A stretch of 63,394 nucleotides of DNA, filler included, from Olpidium bornovanus S191 (GCA_017911155.1; 31 parts of 31 records of this genome joined end to end with filler, not necessarily neighbours in it); one strand, 5' to 3'; shown: positions 35,135-48,313, numbered from the whole stretch's first letter. The notes: generated by a model from the sequence alone, not told the origin. Translations and numbers: made by a program.

Positions 35135-36922
35135 CATGTGTTCGGGCAGCGGGCCGTACCACCGGCTGAACAGGACATACTCGTCCACTTTCTTCGGCTC
35201 GCCGTCGCTCTTGCCCACCGGCCGACCCTTGCTGTCCTTTATCGTCAAGACCTGCCGAATATCGTGTGGTTCGATCGCGGGGGAAGAAGGGGGGTTGGGG
35301 GGGCGAAGGGGGGGACGGAGGCGAAGGGTTGGCGCGCGGGTCCGGCGGCGGCGACGCAATTCCGGTCAATTTCCGAATTCTTTTTTTTTTTGCTCCCGTC
35401 CACCGGGGGCCGGGTAGGCGGGGCGCGCACTGCACGCCAGGCTCCAAGCTTCCCTCACCTGCGTCGTCCGCAAACGCGCGACCACCTGCACGTAGTTGGT
35501 GGCCTCTTTCTGCGTGGAGAGGTCGACGAACATCACGCTGGCGATGGTCACCTTCGGGGAGCCGCCGGTGATGGCGAAATCGTACGTGTATCCCGGCGCG
35601 CGCTTGCGCAGGCGATCGCAGAGGGTCTGTTTCCCTTTTCCGAAAAATTCCGGCCGCGCGTTAAACTTCGCCCCGTTCTGGAAACGCGTGGTTTGAAGCT
35701 CCCGTCCGCGAGGTCCCGCCCCGGGTTTCCCGTTTTCGAGGACCCGACAAACAAAACAAAAAAAAACACCCAGAACCAGACCTGCGAGGCACAAAGAAAT
35801 AAAAATTCCTGTCGCCCCCGCTTACGCTGTAGTTATCGGGCGTGCACACTTCTTTCAGCGACGCGACGTCACCCCTGGGAAACGCGGGAGAAGTGGGGGG
35901 GGGCGGTGGAGGGGAGAATGAACGCGGGCGCGGGGGCGAAGGCGTGCACGTCTCAAACGGTGCGGCAATTTCGCGAACGGGAGCGAGCAAACGTACCGCG
36001 CGTACGCGTCGTTCATCATAGTGTACACCGCCAAAACCTCTTCCTTCAAGTTGAGCTTCGGGAGGCCGGCTTTGCTGTTGGCCTGCCGCAGTTTGGCGTA
36101 GCTGGGGAGCCCGAGAGTGCGGCGGGGGACGGGGCGGGCGCGAAAAGGGAAAGAAAAAGAAACCGTGAGGACAAAAAAAAAAACGCAGCGGGCGGACAGG
36201 TGAACCGCGGGCGCCCGTTGCTTTCCGAGGTGGGGTTGGGGGGTGAAAACTTTTTGATGCAGAATAGGGCTCTTTCAAAGCTCACAAATAGAAGGTCTGC
36301 CACAGGCTTTGCGCGCGGCGCCGCATGTTCCTGAAAAATTCTTTAGAAAACGGCAGGACGAGCGTCCGGCTGGGAATGTAGTGATCTGCGGGGAAGGGGG
36401 GAAGATAGACAGCAGGGGGGGGGGCCAACGCAGCAGGGTAGAGGTCGAGAAGGGGCCCGGGGCGCAAACGGTCGGAGTCAGAACGGTCAACCCTTGGGGA
36501 GTTGCGGCGGCTGGCGGCTGCGGGGCGGCGGGGGGAAAGCGTCTAAACCGGGGCCGGGCCCTCGCATTCAGCTTCTCGCCCGTCCTCAGGCCCAAAATGT
36601 CCCACCACCCCCCACCCACCACCCGCTTACTTCCCCGCGAGTCCCGCGCTTTTGGAGAGACGGGGAGGGAAAAACAACAACAACAACAACAACAAAAGAA
36701 AACCTCCGCACCGAAAACGGGCATTGGACGGACGCGGGCCACCTCCCTCGGCGTGTCGCGCTTGGCGATGACCTGGCGCGCGGCGGTCCGCGCCTGGGCC
36801 GGCGTGAGCAGGGGGGCGCGCGCGGCGGCGAGGGCGCCGGCGGCGGCGCGCGCCTGAAGGCCGGGCAGCCGGAGGCCCGGCAGCAGCAGGCGGAGGGACG
36901 GGAGGCCGCTTCCGGCCGCCAT
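35135..36922 (-). CDS. Mitochondrial Tim44-domain protein (Mba1/mL45-like), multi-exon, 3' truncated
   Basis: Arg/Ala/Leu-rich presequence MAAGSGLPSLRLLL. Exons LKEEVLAVYTMMNDAYAR, YVQVVARLRTTQ and DSKGRPVGKSDGEPKKVDEYVLFSR fit the Tim44-like NTF2 fold C-terminus. Confidence 0.6.
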
Positions 36923-37226
36923 GGTTTTGTTTTCTGCTTGACGGCCCGGCGTTTGTTAGGGCCGGTGGGAGGACAGGTGGGAAAGAGAAAGCGATGATTC
37001 CTTTTGTCGTCGAGGGGTGGCGCAAGTGGGAAGGCGGGGGAAGGGGAATAGGGGGAAAATCCCCCCCTTTTCCTCCTTTCCCCCCTTGGCCCCCCCCCCC
37101 CCCCCCGGCCCCCCCCCCCCCCCCCCNNNNNNNNNNNNNNNNNNNNNNNNNNNNNNNNNNNNNNNNNNNNTTAATTAATTAANNNNNNNNNNNNNNNNNN
37201 NNNNNNNNNNNNNNNNNNNNNNNNNN

Positions 37227-38450
37227 CCGAGAGGACACCGGGTAGTGCCCGCACTTGTAACCTGCGGTGACGGCTCCGCGCAAGCAGAGCTCGGGAACGT
37301 CCCAGGAGGTGGGCGTCGGGTAGACGTCGTCGAAGGCGTACTCCATGGCGCGGACTTTGGCAGCGTCGAGCATCAACGGTCCCGGCATAGCCGCATCCCG
37401 GACGCTGAACCGCTGGCGGTCGACAGTCGAGTTTAAAGCGGGCGTATCCTCGGTGATCCCCGGGCACGTACCGGCGGGGCGGTCGAAAGCCAACGAGTAC
37501 TCGCCATGGAAGTTCAAAACGGGGCGGATGGTCAGGTCGGCGGCGCAACGCCCCGACACGGCGAGCAGGTTGTCCCCGGGGAAGTCAAGAAACTGCTGCA
37601 GGAGCACCTTGTCCCAGCCCATCTCCGCCGGCCGTGTGTCCTGTTCAACGAGAAGAACATAGGGAGTAGATGCCATGCGAATCCCGAGATTGCTGGCCTG
37701 CTTCTCGAGTAATCTCTTCCGGGTGCTCACGAAAACGATGCGGGAAATCCGCGGACCGCCGGGCAAGGGTCCGCGGAACAAGCGCGCGTTTGCCCGCTGA
37801 TGCTCCTGGTGATCCTCAACGGCGCGCAAAGCCTCGACGGCAGTGTTGTCTGTGCATTGGTCGAGCACGAGCACGAATTCGAACCGAGTCAAGGACATGG
37901 CAAAAATCGTCTCAATAGTCTCTTTGATCGAATCCTCCCGGTTGTGCACCGTGATAACGATGCTGACTTCCGGCGGCTCCTCAATTTCGGGATGTTCGGC
38001 CACCTCGCAGTATGCGGGCGCTGCAAAAGTCCGGTTCACTATTACCACGTGCCCATATCGGTTCTGACCAAGGCGGAAGTGGTAAGGGTCCATTGGTTGC
38101 GGCGGCCTCCTCGATGCAGGCTGGGCCGACAAAGCGAAGCCGAAAGGGCGGACGTAAGACGGCAAGCGCGGCAAAGGTAAGAAAACTAGCTGCGACCGAA
38201 CGCAACGCTTCGCTTCCGTTCTACTTACGTAAACGTAGTACTCCGGGAATAGTTTCGTCAGGTCCGCATTTTCCAAGGAAAGGACCGCAGAAAAAGTGGA
38301 GCTGGACCAAGTCGAGAAGACGGCCAACGTGACCAACCAGAAGCTGACCATGAAACCCAGAGCCACGAGCAAAGCGCCCAGCACAAACAGCAGCCGCGAT
38401 CGCTGGCCAGCCTTAATGCGGTTGGCACCCATTGCGAACATGGGGAGCAT
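37227..38450 (-). CDS. Intronless type II membrane GT2-family glycosyltransferase (3' truncated)
   Basis: N-terminal TM (LLFVLGALLVALGFMVSFWLVTLAVF). GT-A motifs EVSIVITVHNREDSI, FEFVLVLDQCTDNT and ASNLGIRMASTPYVLLVEQD, then FSVRDAAMPGPLML...WDVPELCLRG...GYKCGHYPV. One uninterrupted frame of more than 400 codons. Confidence 0.85.
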
Positions 38451-38913
38451 GGTTACGACAGAGGCAGGGCCGACCAAAGAGGGGGAGTTGGGCTCTGACA
38501 GTTTAGGTGTCCGGGCGACTTGAGAGGGTGGAGAACGAGCGGGAGAGGGATGCCGCGGGCGGCTAGCGAGGAGGGCGCGGTGACAGGCGATGTGGCCGGA
38601 AGGGCAAAAGGGGGCGTCGCAGCCTGACCCCGATGCTCGCCGCCGGAAATATCTGCGGGGCGGTTCTTGTTTTCGCAACGCGGCATTTTTTTTGTGTGGT
38701 GTCGGGCGGCGAGGCCAGGCAACGGCCGGCCAGTGAGACGGAGAGCAAAACATCATTAAATGGTAATTTCCGAGCAGAAATTTCCGGGAAATTTGACATT
38801 CCCGCATAACCCCNNNNNNNNNNNNNNNNNNNNNNNNNNNNNNNNNNNNNNNNNNNNTTAATTAATTAANNNNNNNNNNNNNNNNNNNNNNNNNNNNNNN
38901 NNNNNNNNNNNNN

Positions 38914-38993
<80 letters not shown>

Positions 38994-39202
38994 CCCCCCC
39001 CCCCACCCCACCCCCCCCCCCCCCCCCCCCGCCCCACCCACCCAACGCGGCAATCGATTTTTTCAGAATTCCCCCCGGAACGCGAAGCGCGGGCACCCCC
39101 GTTCCCCAAGCGTGCGCGCGCACCACCGGTAAACAGGAGACAAAGGGGACAAAAAATGGGGTAGAGAGCCTCCCGCGGTGAAAAGCGACGATTTCGCCGC
39201 AC

Positions 39203-40383
39203 CTTAACGTATTTGAGCAACCACGAGCAGTGAGGCTTGGCGACAAGCTCGAAGCAAAGTATGCGGTCCTCCGCGAGGTACATGTTGGCCTCGAACACGC
39301 CTGCGCCGGCGCCGTGCATGGTCTCGCCCTTGAAATACGCGCTCAGAGGGCCCCTGCCGCGCTCGTAGTCCAGCAGCGCGGCGTACCTGTAAGCGGAGAA
39401 TGCTCCGGGGAGGACGGAGATGTACCCGAACACGGACTCCATCGGCTTGTCAAGGATATTGCTCATCTTGTACTCGAAGTTCTGCGCGGCCACCAGCGGG
39501 TTCCACACGTTCGCCCACGACGGGCCAAGGTCGGCGGCGATTTCGCCGCATGCCCCGGCGACCGAGCCGTCGCGGTCAAAGGCCTTCCACAGGTGGTAGA
39601 TCGAGGGCGTGGTCGGCCTCGTGCCGACGTCGAGCAGGACGCAGATGTTGGGCCTGAGAATCGGCCCGAACGCGTTGAAAAACCAGCGGTGGGAGTTGAG
39701 CTTTTTTTTGTTTTGCTCCTTGAGGCAGAACAGGATCTGCACGGGTACGACGCCGCGGTCCTTCCGCCGCACCTCGAGGTCGTTGTCGACCATCAGCTGG
39801 GCGGTGTACTCAAAGATGTGCGCGGTGGTTTCCCTGCCGTTGACGCAGTTTTTGGCTACCCCCTCCTGATACACGCCCATTGCGGCCAACACGGTCAGCA
39901 CTCGCTCGTTACACTTCTTCCGTCCGTCGGCCACGATGCAGACCGTGATCTTCTGCCAGCTATTTTTCCCCCACGTCTGCGAATTGTTCCTTCCGCATAG
40001 GAAAGCAACGTTCTTCATCACGGCCGACATGGTCTTGATGAACAGTTCGTCGTTCTCGTTGTACCTGGCGGGGGGGGGGGGGGGATTGGGTTTTGGGTTC
40101 AGAATCGAGGGCTTTTTTCCAGATTTTTTTTGTTCTCTGTCCGCCCTCGTCTTTTTGACGGAAAAAGAAGAAAATGAAAATAAAAATAAAAAAGAAAAGC
40201 CCCCCTGGTCGACCAAAACGTCCATTTTTGCCCGCACATGGTCATAACAACAAAGATTTCCGTCTGCCGGTTGTACATCGCTTGCCGAAGAGTGTAGCGC
40301 TGGGCCGCGAAGTCGTTCGGGTCGCACGTGGCTGCCGTGTAGCGCATGTGGGTGAATTCCTCGCTGGTCGTGAACTCCACACC
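39203..40383 (-). CDS. CHS: Chitin synthase, division 1 (class I/II-like), internal fragment
   Basis: [17 protein letters not shown]; TM|YNENDELF; IVADGR; [16 protein letters not shown]; LLDVGTRP; [35 protein letters not shown]; [14 protein letters not shown]. Intron between TM and YNE. Confidence 0.97.
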
Positions 40384-40653
40384 CTGCAGGAGGCGACCTT
40401 TGAGACGAAAAAAAAAAATTGAGTAATTTGATGTTTTTGTAAACGGACACCCTTTTTTTTTCTCCGGACAGAACTCGTCCCCCCNNNNNNNNNNNNNNNN
40501 NNNNNNNNNNNNNNNNNNNNNNNNNNNNTTAATTAATTAANNNNNNNNNNNNNNNNNNNNNNNNNNNNNNNNNNNNNNNNNNNNATTCGCTTCTGCCGTT
40601 CTTCTACCGGCGGGGGGAGGAAAGGATGGGGCGGGGGGACCCGGGGGCCCAAG

Positions 40654-40684
<31 letters not shown>

Positions 40685-41153
40685 AAAAAAAAAAGAAAAA
40701 AAAAAAAAAAAAATCCCCCCGCCCCCCCCACAATCTGCCAAGCCCTTTTTTTTCGTGTTGCAAAAAAAAAAAACCCCCCCCCCCCCCCCCCCCCCCGCGC
40801 CCCCCGCGGGGGCCCCCCCCCCCCCCCGCCCTTGCGGAAAAGGCACGGGCGGAAAAATGGTGTGGGGGGGGGGTTGGGTGAAGGGGAGGGTTTGATCCGA
40901 CTTTCCAAAAGCAGCTACTGATGAAAAAACCACATGAGAATTTTTTTATACGTGTGTGCGTGCGTGTGCTTCGCGAGGAAAGATGCGTGCATTAAGCGAG
41001 AAAAAAAAAACCAAAAAAACAAAGTAACATTAAGAAAATAAAAATGCGCCCCTCCGCCGGTCAAAAAAAAACAAAAAAGAAAGCCGGGGTTTTGGGCCCC
41101 CTCCCCCCCCCCCCCCCCACCTTTTCCTTTTTTATTTTTTACTTTTATTTTTG

Positions 41154-41847
41154 TCACGCTCGCGCCTGCTGCGCCTCGGCTCCCGATCTTTCCAGGGCCG
41201 CGTAGCTCGACAGAGTCAGGCCGAGGTGGGCCATTGCCACGGCGAGCGAGACGGCGAGGGTGCCGAAGGCGCTCTTGTGGACGCCTTTGGCGACCTTGTA
41301 CCCTTCGAAGGCCAGGGCGCCGTAGCCCAGGCTCGGGAGCACCATGTAAGCGGGGATGCGGCCGAAGTAAGGGGGTTTCGGGAAGGCGACGAGGGCGGCC
41401 AAGTCGACGTCCGACACCAACGTCGGCTCCGGCAGTGGCAGGTAGCGCACCAGCCGAAAGTCGCCGAGGGCGCCGCCCAGGACCTGCGCGCTCAAGTTCA
41501 GCGCGCCCAGGACGAGCAGCCCGGCGGCGACGGCCGCGCCGACGTAGCCCAGGCACTGCGAGCGGGAAATCCGGTGGGACAGAAAGCCGACGTAGATCGA
41601 CACGAACGGCGGGACAATGTTCCACAACACCAGCCGCAGCGGGAAGATGCCCACGATCGGGGCTGTCAGAGGGTTGTCGGGCACAGCGGGGAGAGGGATG
41701 ACGAACGGCTTGTCGAGTTCCGATTGCATGACAACGACGGAGAAACTCCTGCCGCCCGACGCGAACGTTTACGGCCTGTACCTTTCCCACCTGGATTCTG
41801 GAAATGATGCCGCAGAGGCCGGCGCCATTCACCAGGAGGTTAATCGC
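41154..41847 (-). CDS. Hypothetical multi-pass membrane protein, C-terminal part
   Basis: 191-aa frame with 4-5 hydrophobic segments (e.g. GYVGAAVAAGLLVLGALNL, FGTLAVSLAVAMAHLGLTL) and GC3-rich codon usage. The 5' join is unresolved. Confidence 0.55.
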
Positions 41848-41947
41848 NNNNNNNNNNNNNNNNNNNNNNNNNNNNNNNNNNNNNNNNNNNNTTAATTAAT
41901 TAANNNNNNNNNNNNNNNNNNNNNNNNNNNNNNNNNNNNNNNNNNNN

Positions 41948-41983
<36 letters not shown>

Positions 41984-42049
41984 AAAACAAATTGAGTGGA
42001 GAGAACACAAGGGTCGATAACAAACACATGACAAACCGTGGTACGTACG

Positions 42050-44130
42050 CGTCAAGGATCAGCCTGCCGTCAAATATGAAGGCCGGCTGAGAAAGGGAAA
42101 ACAGTTTTAACGGATTAAAATCGGCCCAAGAGAAAATAAGCCCCTCACGCCACGCCGCAATGTTCACAGCCGTTCCTGCCCCACCTTGTGCATATGATCA
42201 TATATGCACTTGTAGTCCAGCTGCTTGAACTCGTCCCACTCGGTGCAGACAACAATGGCGTCAGCACCCTTGGTAGCCTCGTACGCGTCAGGAGCGATGT
42301 TCACTTGGCGCTTGACGGTGCCCTCGTTCGAGACGATGCCGGGCTCGGTGAGGTCGAGGATGATCTGGCTCGGCTCGACCTTGGGATCGTAGATCACAAC
42401 CTGAGCGCCCTCCTGGATGAACGCCTTGCAGATCTTGATGGCGGGCGACTCCCTGGTGTCCCCGGTGTCCTTCTTGAAGGCGAAGCCCAGCACGGCGATG
42501 CGCTTGGCGGTGATCGTCGCGAACAGGCAGTCGATGACGCGGCGCACGAAGCGGGACTTTTGGTGCTCGTTCAGCAGGACGACCTGGTGCCAGTAGTCGG
42601 CGACCTCGCGCAGGTGGAGCTGCTCGGAGAGGTACACGAGGTTGAGGATGTCCTTCTGGAAGCACGAGCCTCCGAACCCGACCGAGGCCTTGAGGAAGCT
42701 GCGCCCGATGCGGGTGTCCAGGCCGCAGGCGTCGGCCACCTCGTCGACGTCCGCGCCCGTCGCCTCGCAGATGGCCGACAAGGCGTTGATGCTCGAGATG
42801 CGCTGGGCGAGGAGGGCGTTTGCGGCCTGCGGAGAGGGGGGGGGGGGGGGAAGCCGGAGGCAACCGCGCGCAAAAGGGACGGATAACGCAAAGACGTTTT
42901 GTTCAAAAGCCCGCATGGCCGTCGAATGGGGAGCGGCGGCAACAAGAAGAAAGCGGACGTGAGGGAGTGTCCGGGAGGCCTCACCAGTTTCGACAGCTCC
43001 GAAGACCACAAGTTCATCGTGATTACGCGCTCGGCGGGGACCCAGCGCGCATAGACGTCGCGGAGCAACTGCTGCGCCTTCAGGCCCTCGGGGGTCTGAA
43101 GGCTGCCGATCAGGACGCGGTCAGGGAACATCAGGTCCCGCACCGCCGTGCCTTCGGCGAGGAACTCGGGGTTGGACAGGATGTCGAAGCGGATGCGGGC
43201 GTTCGAGTTGGCTTCGAGGATCGCGCGCATCGACTCCGCCGTGCGGCAGGGCACGGTCGACTTCTCCACGACGATCTTGGAGGTCCTGGAGATTTCGGCG
43301 ATCCGCCTGGTCGCGGTCTCCACGTAGCTGTGGGGGTTTAATTATTTTATTTTATTTTATTTTATTTTATTGTGGCAGGTGGTGGTGGTGGTTTTGGGGG
43401 GAACGGTGGGTGTGGGGGAGTTTGCGATTTTCATGAGCAAAAAACATGGAGAAAATGCCGCGCTGACGAATTGCGGGGCCCCTAGGGAGGAAAGCCGGAC
43501 CACGACCTCACGCGTCCCTCTTCCCCGCCCCCTTCCCCTTCCCTCCCTTTTCGCTCCCACCCCGCACCGCCTCCGCTCCGAAGTCACTCACGCAAGGTCG
43601 GCCGCAAATCCCGCGCCAAGGCCGGCCTTCTTGGTGGGAGTGTTCACCGACACGAAGATGAGGTCGGCTTCGAGTATCGCGCGGTCGACGTCGGTGGAAA
43701 AGAACAGGTTCCTGCCGCGGCATGCAAAGACGACTTCGTCGAGGCCGGGCTCGAAGATCGGGAGCTTTTCCGAGTTCCAGGCTTTGATCCGCTGCGCGTT
43801 GACGTCCACGATTGTGACGCTGATGTCGGGACACTTGTACGCGATGACGGCGCATGTGGGACCTCCTGCCAAGCGGGTTTTTTTTATATTGCGGAGAGGA
43901 CGGGGGGAGGGAGCCGGAGAAAAGGGGGGAGGAAAGGGGGGGGGGGGAGAAGCGCAAGAAAGCGGGAATTTGCGCTCAAGCTTCCCGAGCAAAACCCGCG
44001 CAAAGTGAGACGACGGAAAAAAAAGTGCGTCGGAGGACGCACCGACATATCCGGCTCCGATGCAGCAGATCTTTTTAACGGGCCCCTCGAGCGTGGCGGC
44101 ACGCGCGTACGTGTCGTCCGCAGTAAGCAT
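42050..44130 (-). CDS. UGD1: UDP-glucose 6-dehydrogenase (5 exons seen, extreme 3' end missing)
   Basis: [11 protein letters not shown]|GPT; LPIFEPGL; FVSVNTPTK; VVEKSTVP; [10 protein letters not shown]; SELSKL|[14 protein letters not shown]; [10 protein letters not shown]; [15 protein letters not shown]; VCTEWDEF; PAFIFDGR. Confidence 0.98.
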
Positions 44131-45166
44131 TGCCGGAAAGATTTGAAGAGCTCGGCGGGGACCAGGCGTGCTGGTGGGGACTGCCGAGGTGCGTGAAAAT
44201 AAAAGTACTTCTGCCAAAAGCGTGCGAGGTTACGGGCTAGATACCCCGACGCTAACCGCAGGTGGGGCCGCAGGGAAGGGGGTTCGCCGGGGGGCCACGA
44301 ACCGCCCTTAACGGGAACTTATACCTCTTCAGGAAAAGGATGGAATTTCTCGTGTCGAGCGGGCCGGCCGGGCTGAGGCAGCGTCTGATAAACCCCGAGC
44401 TGTACGGGTCTGTGCGGGTCTTTTTTTTTTCGGGCGTTCATCCCGCCTTCGTGGTGAGCGGGGCGCGGGAAATTGGCCAGTCCACCAATCACGGACGGTC
44501 AGGGAGGAAACGCAGGAAGACCGGCCGCCCCCCTTCCCCTGCCCCCCCACCCTTCTTTTTTTTTTCCCCCTCTTTCTTTTCCCGGGCTGCCCTGAAAAAA
44601 AAAAAACGCGACTCGGGGAGAAGTGCGGTGGATCCAAAGAGGACTTGGGCCGGCCCGCGCGGCGGTTTCCGTTACGCGCTTCGCAATCGCACGTGCAAGG
44701 TCGACGACGACGCTGACCAGGATACTTCCGGCGGACCGAGGCCAAACAAAGTTGGGGCCCCGCGCTTTTTCCTTTCAGAAGTTTAAAAAATCAAGACAAA
44801 TTGAATGCTCCCCACGCGCACGGAAGATTCGCGGGGAAAATTGGAGGGGCGGAATTTCCGCACGCCCGGAAGCCCCGACCGCGGCGCGTTCTTGCAAGGG
44901 CGCCCTGCTGCAATTTCACACAGGCGAGTTCGACTAGTGGTGTATCCATGAAGACAAAACGGTCCGTTGACGTGGAAATAAATGAACCGGCGAGATATGC
45001 GCCCCCCGACGCGGGAGATTCCGTGCCGGGAGCTCATAAGCACCCTGCTCTTCTCAGTCTGCGCCGNNNNNNNNNNNNNNNNNNNNNNNNNNNNNNNNNN
45101 NNNNNNNNNNTTAATTAATTAANNNNNNNNNNNNNNNNNNNNNNNNNNNNNNNNNNNNNNNNNNNN

Positions 45167-45775
45167 TTCTTTCTCACGAACGCCGTTGCGCGACAATTCC
45201 TTGTTTTTCAAGCTGCCGAAAATGCCCGAGGTACCTCGTGACCGGAAGGTGGACTTTACGCCTGCAGACGTCGATGTAAGCCGCATGGCTACGGACGATT
45301 TCTTTCGATAAAAACGCACGTGGGTTTTGACTCTAACCCGGCTTCTGGGGTCTACCGGCCGCAGGTCGCCGCCATTAAGTACCAAGACAAGAGGAGAGAG
45401 ATGCAGCGGCATGCTGCCCTCGAGAAGGCCTCATCGGCGCCAGGCGGCAGAGCGAAAGCGGCCGGTGATGCGGCTCCAAACAAGCGCAAGGCCGGGTGCT
45501 TGGGCGCGTGGTCACAAAAGCAGGAGGCCAGACAGCGGAGGGAGGAGCGGCGGTTCAAGAAAGAGAGAAAACGGGAGTTTCTCAAGAAGGAACGCGAAAA
45601 GCTGGCGCCCGAGACGGCCGGGAAAGCAGGCGCCCACTTCTTTGACGAGGATGTGGAGGACGAGTGGGACGCCCTGCAGCGTGAGGAGCGGTTGGCGAAG
45701 AAGCTGAGGAAAGGCAAGATTGCAAGAGACGAGTTTGAGAAGGAGCTTGGAGAGGACGACGACGCGATAGAGTAG
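45167..45775 (+). CDS. SPB4: C-terminus of DEAD-box rRNA helicase Spb4/DDX55
   Basis: LFFKLPKMPE...FTPADVD|VAAIKYQDKRRE...AWSQKQEARQRREERRFKK...EDEWDALQREERLAKKLRKGKIARDEF, the characteristic Spb4 C-terminal extension; stop at 45775. Confidence 0.8.
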
Positions 45776-45886
45776 AGAGCGCATCTTTTTAAACGGGTTC
45801 GTTGTACTGGCAGCTGACTGTATTATAATTCATTCCCACGCGGTCGGATCTTTCTCCTTTTTATTTGGTGAATGCTGTGCCGGAAG

Positions 45887-46830
45887 TTACAGCTGCACGC
45901 CCAGAAGGATGCCCGCGGCTTCAAGAATTGATTTCAGTCTAGCAACCGTTCCCGCGTGCCGTTGTCTGGGACGTTGGCTTTTTTGGGGATGTATTTTGAC
46001 CGCTCCGCGAGTCGAATGCGAAACATCCTCCCGAGTTGTTGGACGGGAAGATGGCTTAATTCCACCACTCTCCTCCAAAGGCGGCCAGACGGCTTTGGAC
46101 TGTCCCATCCAACGCGGGCGTACGACGCTCCTGAACCACCGATAATGTTTTCAGCGCTTTTCGTCGCACGTCAGGCGGAACGTGCCGAAGTTTTGACCGT
46201 TTGGCCATGTTCGCTTTCCTGTCGCTCGGTGGGTTTCCGGTTGCAGGGCACAAAGCACCTCCTAGACCCGCGCAATTCCAGGCTCCCGGCTTCGCCATCT
46301 CTGCTCGGGGCGTTTAAAGGTGAACTACCGTAACCGCGGCTTCTCGCTTAGCAAGGTACCGGAACCTCGCACTGTCCTAATGTGAATATCCCCCCCTGTA
46401 CCCAACCCCCCACGTCGCCCGCCCGAAACAAAGAGGCATAACGAGGGCCGTGCCGAAGATGGGAGATGACGTCGGGGTGCGGCGTAAACCCGGCATGAAA
46501 AACCTGTTGGTGCAGAGGAAGAATTCACGGATCCCGGTGACCCAAAAATAAATCAATAAAAAACACAAAGAACAATTGCAAGCGAGCGCGGGCTTGTAAA
46601 TATATGTATATATATACATTTGCTCGTCGGCAGTACCAGGCCGGTGTTTCGGCGACATCCCCCCATTTCCGGTGGGAGGGGAGGGGGAGGAAAGGGGAGA
46701 AGGGAATGGCGGGAGCCGGGCCGTTCGCACTCTCTCTTAAAAAAGCGAGCTGGTTTACGCCGGCGTGGTCGTCCGCCGCGGGGAAGCTGTTCACCAAGAA
46801 CTGCCGAAGCAGAATTCTCCATCATAAAAT
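45887..46830 (-). CDS. Possible small multi-exon hypothetical gene
   Basis: GT-AG-bounded segments join to ...RMFRIRLAER|QRHAGTVARLKSILEAAGILLGVQL*. No family recognised. Confidence 0.2.
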
Positions 46831-47001
46831 CCGCGTTTTGGCAGAATCTTTTCTCTCCCGGATGCGGGAGCAACGCACTTCCCTCGTCCTTGACGAGCTG
46901 TTTGGGCGAGTATGAGATAAACTTTCGGTTGCCGAAAAGTCGGAAACGGCGGTGTGTTTGCTTGATATGCTAGCAGCAACATTTTCAGCCATCAGTCGAA
47001 T

Positions 47002-47075
47002 GCTCTCTTAGCTCAGTTGGTTAGAGCGTGGTGCTAATAACGCCAAGGTCACAGGTTCGACCCCTGTAGGGAGCA
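47002..47075 (+). tRNA. tRNA-Ile(AAT)
   Basis: GCTCTCTTAGCTCAGTTGGTTAGAGCGTGGTGCTAATAACGCCAAGGTCACAGGTTCGACCCCTGTAGGGAGCA. Full cloverleaf with anticodon loop CTAATAA and T-loop TTCGA; oligo-T Pol III terminator downstream. Confidence 0.97.
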
Positions 47076-47561
47076 AAAAAGTATTTTTGTCTTTTTTTTT
47101 ATATATGGGCATCATGGGTACCTTGTTGCATGTAGCGTCGCTCCCCCCCCCCCCCATCGATAAAATCACCCCAAATACGTACATGTGCCTTTCCAACTTC
47201 GACACAAGCGACGGCACTCCGGGGTCTGGGCTGCGGTGTGTGATGGTGGAGACAGGGCCACGGGTGTTACATGTATTACGTGATCCGTATAATCTTAGAC
47301 CGCGCTGGCGAAACCTGCCGCACGCTCAAGATGCCCCCCCCCAACGCAGTTCTGAAGCTTTTGCTAAGGGATTTTAACCAACAAACAAACCAACAAACCA
47401 ACATGTCCTCGCGCGTTTGCAGCTTCGTGCCTCGCACCTCGCGGTCGGATCCCCACACGATTTCTCGACGTGTCCGGCTTTGAGTCAGACTCGCAGGGAC
47501 AAACGCAGACAGAAGCGGACGTCGTGAAAAAAAAATTCCATGGAAAATACGGCGCAAAAAG

Positions 47562-47597
<36 letters not shown>

Positions 47598-48240
47598 CAT
47601 TTTTTTTTTTTTTCTTTTTTTTTTTCTTTTTCTTTTTTTTTTTTTTCCTTTCTTTTTGCGACTCACGGCCGAAGAAAGATGAAGTCCGCTGACCAGTGAG
47701 AGAAAGAGAGAGTAAAATAAAAATAAAAAAAAGAAAAAAAANNNNNNNNNNNNNNNNNNNNNNNNNNNNNNNNNNNNNNNNNNNNTTAATTAATTAANNN
47801 NNNNNNNNNNNNNNNNNNNNNNNNNNNNNNNNNNNNNNNNNACCCCAACTTTGACCCAGCGGCGATGGGCGTGATCCCAAAATAGTATTCTATCAAACAA
47901 GTATCTACGATATATGTACGCGGATGTTTGCATTGTGTGCTCTGCAAAAATAACAACCCATGCCCGTGTCCGTGCAACTTCCGTCCGTTTGAGCGCGGGA
48001 AGAGCGCCTCGCTGCCCGAAAAACAGAGCGCGTGGGACACGGCATCTCTCTCTGTCTTTATCCCAACATGGATCCCCGGCCCTGACCCGCCGCCCGCTTC
48101 CACTTTGCCCAAGCCCGCCAGAGCACGGTGAACGAAGGGAAGCCCCGCTCGCCAGTCGTCCGCGTTAGGCTTCCGCCGCGTCCACCCGTTACGGTATCCC
48201 GTTATGGGATTTAAATTCCGCTAGAGAAGCACATTTGGGC

Positions 48241-48313
48241 GGGGAATTAGCTCAAATGGTAGAGCGCTCGCTTAGCATGCGAGAGGCACGGGGATCGATA
48301 CCCCGATTCTCCA
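48241..48313 (+). tRNA. tRNA-Ala(AGC)
   Basis: GGGGAATTAGCTCAAATGGTAGAGCGCTCGCTTAGCATGCGAGAGGCACGGGGATCGATACCCCGATTCTCCA. G3:U70 Ala identity pair, anticodon AGC, and the eukaryotic A54 T-loop variant. Confidence 0.97.

Noticed and set aside
38914-39032. Very long poly-C/poly-G runs (also near 14980-15050, 34940-35030, 59176-59258) as G-quadruplex or structural elements
   Set aside because: They cluster at contig ends where assembly failed. Lengths are unreliable and may be inflated by sequencing artefacts.
37227-44130. Apparent polysaccharide gene cluster: GT2, chitin synthase, membrane protein and UDP-glucose dehydrogenase, all on the minus strand
   Set aside because: The four genes sit on four different contigs separated by artificial spacers, so adjacency is not evidence of linkage. 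Only long reads or Hi-C could revive the idea.
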